A stretch of 58,915 nt of DNA, filler included, from Dugesia japonica (Eukaryota), in the NCBI GenBank assembly GCA_001938525.1. It is 6 parts of 6 records of this genome, joined end to end, with 100 filler letters (N's around TTAATTAATTAA, not from the genome) between each part and the next. Parts side by side here need not be neighbours in the genome. Positions count along the whole stretch, not along the records: positions 50,052 to 58,915 come from MQRL01610850.1; 5 more parts are not named here. One strand, 5' to 3'. Positions 51,112 through 58,915 of the stretch are shown one piece after another; the first letter of the stretch is position 1; every line of letters begins with the position of its first letter. Position numbers and translations under genes: made by a program. The notes beneath the pieces were generated by a model. It had not been told where the DNA came from and ran no database searches. It saw nothing but the letters and a program-made list of their open reading frames with translations.

Positions 51112-52940
51112 ATGTTGGTACGTCTTACATGTTAATTAGATGATATCTTTTATAATTAAATAATTTAGCCTGGAGCTCAAATTGTATTGTTAAAAGAGGG
51201 CACTGATACCTCCCAAGGTATCCCTCAAATTATGTCAAATATTACAGCCATTCAATCAATTGCTGAAGCTGTAAGGACAACTTTAGGCCCACGAGGAATG
51301 GATAAATTAATCATAGACGAAAAATGTAAATTAATTTTCTATTTTTAAATTTTTTATTGTATTAAATAGCCAAGGCGACTATCTCAAATGATGGAGCAAC
51401 AATTCTTAAATTGCTTGATGTTGTTCATCCAGTTGCAAGTACTGTTGTACAAATTGCTTTATCACAAGATGATGAAGTTGGAGATGGAACTACTAGCGTT
51501 ATGCTTTTAGCTAGTGAATTTTTAAAGCAGGCTAAATCATTTATTGAAGAAGGGGTCCATCCAGAACTAATTCAGAAAGCCTATAAGAAAGCTGCGAAAT
51601 TAGCTTTGAATTATCTTAATGAATTATCAGTTAAAATTGAGAAAGGAAATGACGCTGAAAGACGTAGTTTATTAGAAAAATGTGCTTCAACTGCGTTAAG
51701 TTCTAAATTGGTTGCAACATATAAAGATTTTTTCTCTAAGCTTGTTGTCGATGCTGTCAGCAGTTTAGATCATTTGCTTCCTTTGGATATGATTGGTATT
51801 AAAAAAGTACCCGGAGGTTCATTACAAGACAGTCAGTTAATTGCTGGTGTAGCATTTAAGAAGACATTTAGTTACGCTGGTTTTGAAATGCAACCTAAAT
51901 CATACAAAAAACCCAAAATTTCTCTTTTAAATATTGAATTGGAATTAAAATCAGAGAAAGAAAACGCTGAAATCAGAGTTAGTTCTGTTGAGGTAATATA
52001 TTAAAAACGTTATCCTAAATTTTAATATTTTAAATTATTTACTAACCAGGAATATCAAAGAATTGTTGATGCTGAATGGCAAATTCTGTATGATAAACTT
52101 GAAGCAATTCATAAAAGCGGAGCTAAAATTGTTTTGTCTAAATTACCAATCGGTGATGTGGCAACACAGTATTTTGCTGATCGTGATATGTTCTGCGCCG
52201 GTCGAGTAACTGAAGAAGATCTTAAAAGAACCATGGCTGCTTGTGGAGGAGCTATTCAGACAACAGTAAAGGATATTACTGATGATACTCTTGGTAAATG
52301 TGAATCATTCGAAGAGGTACAAATTGGTGGAGAAAGGTAACTTGATAAAATTTTTAAGATTTATTGACTTGGTTTTAGATTTAATATTTTTGTTGGATGT
52401 CCCGAAGCTAAAACCTGCACCATCATTCTGAGAGGTGGTTCAGAGCAATTTATGGAGGAAACTGAGCGATCCTTACATGATGCCATCATGATTGTGAGAA
52501 GAGCAATGAAGAATGATGCTGTAGTTGCTGGTGGTGGAGCAATTGATATGGAAATCAGTAAATATCTCAGAGATTATTCCAGAAATATTCATGGTCGAGA
52601 TCAACAATTTATTGGAGCAATGGCAAGAGCATTTGAAGTAATTCCACGACAACTGTGTGAAAATGCCGGCTTTGATGCGACTAATATATTGAATAAATTG
52701 CGTCAGAAACACGCTCAAGGCAAAATTTGGTGTGGAGTTGATATTTTGAATGAAGACATTGCTGATAATTTCGAGGCCTGTGTTTGGGAACCTGCTCTTG
52801 TCAAGTCCAATGCAATTACAGCTGCAACTGAAGCTGCTTGTATGGTGTTGACCTTAGATGAGACAATCCGTAATGCTAAATCAAAAACTCCGGAAGACAA
52901 TAGACCCGTAAAAATGCCAGGACGTGGCAGACCTTGTTAA
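51112..52940 (+). CDS. CCT7: T-complex protein 1 subunit eta; exons 51112-51117, 51169-51325, 51370-51992, 52050-52336, 52379-52940
   Basis: [44 protein letters not shown] and the eta-specific [19 protein letters not shown] and [11 protein letters not shown]; four GT-AG introns of 42-57 bp, all in phase. Confidence 0.97.
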
Positions 52941-53149
52941 TATTCAATTCTGCGTTTTGTAGGATGTTTGTTTAATAAATTGGTTTATTCTAATTTTATT
53001 TGGAAATTCATTTTAATATTTAATTTAATTGCGATTAATAATTCCGAGATTGTTATTTAACAATGCAAAATATCTGTATTTATAATTGGAATTTAATAGT
53101 AATTTGTGTTCAAAAATATTTTTTTGTACGATAAGATCAATGATTTAGT

Positions 53150-53520
53150 TTTTGTTTGATGGCGAAATTTTATGTGAAAATATTATGATTGTCATCTAGA
53201 TTTTTATGGTGTTTTGAGATTTCGATTTTTTTAAAGATTGTTTTGAGGTTTAGATATGCCTTGTTTGCTTAGTTCTCTAGATTGACGCATTGGTTTCCTA
53301 GATATAGAAGTATTTATAGAAATGAGTATATCTTTGGTATTTTAGAGTTTTTTAGCAATTCCATTTAATCCATTTTGTGTATTCCAACTTGAACAATAGA
53401 TACAAATCCAAAACAAACTTATGCTAGGTAACTGGAATCTTATTCTATCTATATCGTGTTACATACTTACAAAAACTTACTTTTGTGGCTCGTAATATTA
53501 GAATCTATTGACCAGATTCT
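53150..53520 (-). pseudogene. Possible Penelope-like element ORF remnant (post-RT region)
   Basis: ICSSWN...IAKKL*NTKD, resembling the PLE thumb region (ICSSW...I..LL..N.YP); heavily degraded. Confidence 0.25.
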
Positions 53521-55294
53521 GAAGTCAGGTTCTAACTTAAATTCAGCCCTGAATAATATCTTAATCATTGGTTTCCGACTAAATAATTAATACATGATTA
53601 ATGGGTATTAAATATTTAAATTTCGGGCTTAAATATTTAAAATAATTTTTTAAATATCCCAAATATTTTAAATTAATTTTATCACAAATTTATTTGATTT
53701 TTATTTTTCATTGAATTTTAATGCAGTTAGAACTAAATAGCTTCCTTTCAAGCATTTGGCGAAGTGCCCATAATCAGATTTTCGAAGAGTCACACTGACT
53801 CATACCCTTGCTGGAGTGACTGAACATTTTAGTTTGGATTAATTTATTTTAGAAGCTTAATTTCTTTCAATCAAATCAAGCAAGTAAAATCATTTTCAGA
53901 CAAATCAAATAAACTTAATTGAAGAAATTTTATTAATTACATCTTCAACAATTAATTGTTACCTTCGTCCAATTCTGTAATCGTGGTCAATATGTTTGAT
54001 AGCGGTTGGATTTTTATCTATGATTAAATCAGCAACATTATCCTTTAAAATTCTATACTCTTGTTAGCTTCATAAAGAGGGTCATTTAATTNNNNNNNNN
54101 NNNNNNNNNNNNNNNNNNNNNNNNNNNNNNNNNNNNNNNNNTTATCTTGAGAGTTTGCTTCGAATAGTTGCGCCTGTGCAATCGGAGTACACAATATTCC
54201 TTTTTTAAACCAATAAACTTCTAACTTCAATTCAGATTCATTTTTNTTCACATTTTATGTGGATAACACTGAAGAAAATATAAGTTTTGGATCAACATGT
54301 TCCAAAGTTAGACAATCACAGCCTAAAAGACTGGGCCGCCATAAAAAATCAATTCCTGACGAAGACAAAGTTGAAACTAAACCAACATTCACAACAAGGA
54401 ACCAAGAAAATAAAATAAATCAAGTAAATGGAAAAATTAATTAAATATATTTTCAGAATAAAATAAATAAATTGGATAATTATTGGAATAAATTTGAAGC
54501 AAATAAAAAATACTGCTGAATAATCGACTAAAATATCAGAAAAGATGCAATGTAAGAATATTCTGATGTAACTTTTACGAGAAATCCGAAAGAATAAATA
54601 AAATTTTTAGAAACTATAAGAAACCTAGTNNNNNNNNNNNNNNNNNNNNNNNNNNNNNNNNNNNNNNNNNNNNNNNNNNNNNNNNNNNNNNNNNNNNNNN
54701 NNNNNNNNNNNNNNNNNNNNNNNNNNNNNNNNNNNNNNNNNNNNNNNNNNNNNNNNNNNNNNNNNNNNNNNNNNNNNNNNNNNNNNNNNNNNNNNNNNNN
54801 NNCATGACTCATAGTTATGTGGATCTTGATCACCTAATTTAAATAATGAAATTATATATAACAATTAGAAAATAAAACTTGTATGCTTCATTGTTTATTT
54901 TGATAATTCCATTTTATGACGATATGCTTCAATGTTTTGATAATAATCTTCAATGTGTCAACTTGTGTTCGAAAATTTCAATGCAATATTCCCTTGTTTG
55001 ATGTTTCAATGAAGTGCTCCGACAAATGATGAAATTATCAATCACTATGATTAATATATTTTCCGCATATGATGAATGTATAATGCACTTAGTTATTTGT
55101 TAACTGTATTCTAAATATAATTTAATATTTTTCATTAATCTATTAACAATTTTTTTGTTCATTAAAGTATGGGTTCCAAAGTGTGTCGCGAGAAGTTTTA
55201 GAATTTTATTATGATTACTGGATATTATAATTAGAATGGAGATGAGGGTCTAGAAGAAATGTTTGGGTACTTGCTTCTAGACGAGATGTATCAC

Positions 55295-55870
55295 CCAAGT
55301 AATTGCAAGAAATTTGGAAGCAAAGGTAAGTCAACAAATAAATACCTCACGGATTAACAGAAATTCAAAAAAAACGACGTTTTGGGGTATTAGCAGCATT
55401 TTTTTTGTGCAGCAATAACAAATTTTTCGTTTATCAGATTGCTACGTGCGATGATAACTACATACTGTAAGACAGCCTTCGACGTTCTGCGTAATGGTTA
55501 GATCGAAATTAAGGTCCTAAATATTGTTCTAAGACAAAGCTGCACCAAAAAAGGTTATGTGACTATTTGGTTATCTTCGACAGGTCTGATCCAATATGAC
55601 TTCTTGAATATTAATGAAACAATGGCAGAAGAAGTGTATGAAATGAACCAGAAACTGAAGCTGAGGTATCTGGCTCATGTCAACAGAAAGAAGTCACTAA
55701 TTCATAATAACACCCAGCCACACGTCGCACAATATACACTGCAAAAATTAAACCAGTTAAGCTACGAAATTTGGCCTCACTCTACATACTCATCAGATCT
55801 CCCACCTACCAATTACCATTTTTTCAAATATTTTGACAAGTTCTTGGACAAGACAACCTTCAACAACCGA
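55295..55870 (+). pseudogene. Mariner (Mos1/Hsmar-type) transposase remnant
   Basis: IPHGLTEIQKKRRF; IATCDD.YIL; RRSA*WLDR; KLHQK; HNNTQPH; PHSTYSSDLPPTNYHFF (WVPHEL, DD34D and YSPDL motifs). Confidence 0.9.
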
Positions 55871-56419
55871 GATGTTTTATTAATACTGTTAGATGAATCT
55901 GTCACATTCATTTTTGCATTGAAAAAATTAACACTTTTCATTCCAAGATTTATTCAAGACAAAAGAAAAAGACATCTCAAACCATACCTACATATATCTT
56001 TAAAGATTTTGTTGCATGTAGAACTCTCGATTCTTATTCTATTGAGATAAATACACTTGTAACTTGTTGGTAGAAATGCGTACATAGCACTTGGTTTTAT
56101 TTTGATTAATATAATTTGGTATAAGCCGAAATCTGTTCATTTCGAGTAGAATATTAAAAATTGTAATTTATTTCCTTCAGTCTAATTATAACGTCGATCG
56201 ATTCTTCTTCAAAGCAGCCGAAATTTCTAAAGATTTGTATGAGGTAATAATCGGTAAGATGATTGACCCAAAGCTAGAAGAAAGATACAAAATATCAGAA
56301 AACAAAATCAATAGGTACGAAGCTTGTGTACNNNTACTGGTAAAAAGAGCAAAAGACGTTTTTGAAGACCTAGAAGAATCAGTCTATACAGACAGGGGAT
56401 GTAAACTACTTTATATAAT

Positions 56420-58743
56420 TGTTGGGGTTCCATCTAAGTAAGTTAAAATCAAATTGTGTCTAGGGTAATCTGGCCTAGTAAAACCCCGCGAAGAATTTGA
56501 TCTAGTGTCCCAAAAACTAGATTTTCAGAATGGAGCCATTGACTCTCAACTCGTAGTTAGAGTACAGACTCGCATTCCTTTTGTTTGAGTTCTTATTTCA
56601 TTATAATCGCTTTACGCGGTGAAGCGCGCTTACTACTGTTTGTCAATGATGATTTATCTTTTAGTTTAAGGATTATTTAAGGATTATCTTTTTAGCAGGT
56701 TATCAAAAAGATTTTATGAGAGTTATGGCTTTTATTGTTATCATCGAGACTTAATATAAAGGATTATGGAAAAGTGAGTTTGTTGTTAATTTCCTAACGT
56801 TCTGGATTCATACTTAGAAATCATCAATATGCCTTATTGTTATTAGTTAATCATTACTATCGTGATTTATTATTGGTCGTTTACCTTTATCACTTATACT
56901 AATCACTTATACTAATACTTACAATTTTTCATTAATTTAGTTGTGGCTAATAATGGGAACTACCCCTATTAACTAACTGGAGTTCATTATAGGAAATTAT
57001 TATTATTACCAATATTTATCAATTATTAAGGGTCAATTTTATAATTATTATCGTCCAACATTATAACCTAATGAATTATTATTAGGGGAAATTATTTACT
57101 ACTGTCATCATTAGTTATTATTATCATATTTATCCTTATTATTATTTTTACGGTCTTTATTAGATCAATATTACTAATTAAAAATTGTTTATTCCCACTT
57201 ATTTAAGAGGGGAATATATCTTTATATTATAGATATAAACTATCATGATAAGACATTATAAATGTAAGCCATTAATCAAACAATTACTATAATAAGGTCA
57301 TTTATGAAAATTTTTAATTAATATCCTTAATCAACGGAACTTTATTTACCGTTACGTAATGTTTTAATATCTAAGGTTCTATTACAATTACCAAAAGAAA
57401 TTCGATTACATAAAGGTTTCATTATCATTAATAAAATTCTATTAAACATTAAATTGTAGAAAACATAAATTAACAAAGTCTTACGTGAGTCATCCATGGT
57501 CCGGAGCAAGCACTTGATTGATTTGTAATTGCTATCAAGAGTTTATTGTATATATTCAACTAGCGACTAATGTTCTTTCTTCGATGCATTCATGCGCAAC
57601 TATCATCTTCTCTACATTCATGCGCAACTATTTATCTTTTGTGCACCCATGCGCAACTTTCATCTTCTGTGCACTCATGTGCAACTATTTTATTCTTGTA
57701 ATTAATTGATTTAATCATTGATGCATGAATTCAGTACGCCAGCTATTGTCTTCCATTCATGCACATATGTGACACTACCATCCGATTACTAATCTTATAT
57801 TGTATCATTAATTGCTGTACCAACTGGTTAATTTGATTTCTTCTAACTGATGGTTCTGCCAAGTCGGAAACTGTTGTTGAAAAAAAGAAAATTAGGCAAT
57901 GTCTTACCGCTTCAAAAATCGATAATTTCAATTGTTAATTTTAGCTGAAAATTTTATGCTAATTGATGGCCAAAATTGAACGGTATTTATACTAAATTCT
58001 AGTATGCCTTCTTTCTTTTCATTGGCCAATGCATATGTTTGGATTTTTCTTGTGTTTTCATTGGACAAGATACTCAAATTCTGTCACCTGACTTCTTATT
58101 ATTGGACAAACTTTTGGAATTCCAAAATTATTGGAATTTGATTGGTTAATTTTAAAATCCTTACGACTTCTTTCCTGATCTAGCCATGATCTTCTGGTTT
58201 AGATTTTTGAAATCTCTGATTTTTTCTGATCTATAATTTTCTTTACTGATAATTTTTCTTAACTGTAAGCCTTCTTTTTTCGATATTTCTGTATAAATTA
58301 AAGTTCTTTTTATAATAAATTATTTTAATTTATATAATTTATTCTATTTAATAAAATAAATGATTTATTTTCTTTTCTTCATAATTTATTAATTGGATTG
58401 CCGATTTTTGTTTTTAAATTGAATTTCAATTATTATTTTAATTTAATTTTCTTTATTTCGCTTAATGAATTGATTGCTTGGTTATTGCTTGTAATTGTCT
58501 TTGTCTTCTCTATCTGTTGATATTTACTGTAGTTTCTTTTCTTTTCGTTTACTAAGTTATTCCTTTTATTTCGAGATTTTTTTAGTTGTGGCACAGGTTT
58601 TAATTTTCTACTCATTTTTTCAACTAATTTTCCCCGACCTTTTATCGGCTAGATTCTTCCTTTCTCTTTTTCATGTCTTTTTTTCAACTTCTGTCTTACT
58701 CATCGCGATTATTATTTCTTATACTAGGTGTTTCACACCAACA
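56420..58743 (-). mobile_element. Solo-LTR-like element, family A copy 2 (longer, inverted)
   Basis: TAAT|TGTTGGGGTT ... TTTCACACCAACA|TAAT. Shares both ends, the GGAATGCGAGTCTG motif and the CCAAT/TATA block with 21164-22649; contains 4 x ~28-bp TGCGCAACT tandem units at about 57590-57690. Confidence 0.75.
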
Positions 58744-58915
58744 TAATATTAGGGATATAATTAATTAACTAATTGATTTAAATAATATATATGTATTTAT
58801 ATTTATATGTGTATTTATATTTGTGTCACATAATTCGCATCATAAATTCTTCGAAAGATAATGAATATTCCATCTTATGTAATTATAAGAAATGGAAAAT
58901 ATTATATCATAATTT

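Noticed and set aside
57590-57690. Regularly spaced TGCGCAACT repeats resembling a CRISPR array
   Set aside because: The intervening sequences are similar to each other (a ~28-bp tandem repeat), the context is eukaryotic and there are no cas genes.

Overview
Very AT-rich (roughly 25-30% GC by eye) eukaryotic, most likely invertebrate, draft scaffold with many N gaps. Five gaps carry an artificial TTAATTAATTAA linker. Introns are mostly short GT-AG (about 42-65 bp). Four host genes are recognisable: a 5' part of GTPBP6/HflX (-; runs off the left edge), MED27 (-), NUP153 (-) and CCT7 (+). There are also two unassigned long ORFs and a few orphan exons. Most of the rest is decayed mobile DNA: a complete but RT-deleted Ty3/gypsy element with 137-bp AGT...ACT LTRs and a GTTGT TSD, more gypsy fragments, two TGTTGGGG...CCCCAACA solo-LTR-like elements with TAAT TSDs, a Polinton/adintovirus remnant, mariner and hAT remnants, several MITEs, and a G/T-skewed complex repeat block at 38.8-43.8 kb. 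The most unusual signal is a small dispersed fold-back family with minimal type I hammerhead-ribozyme motifs arranged back-to-back (1.8, 19.5 and 28 kb), whose stems covary between copies. A separate GC-rich structured island at 49.6 kb has the same hammerhead topology. All calls are by eye; no searches were run.
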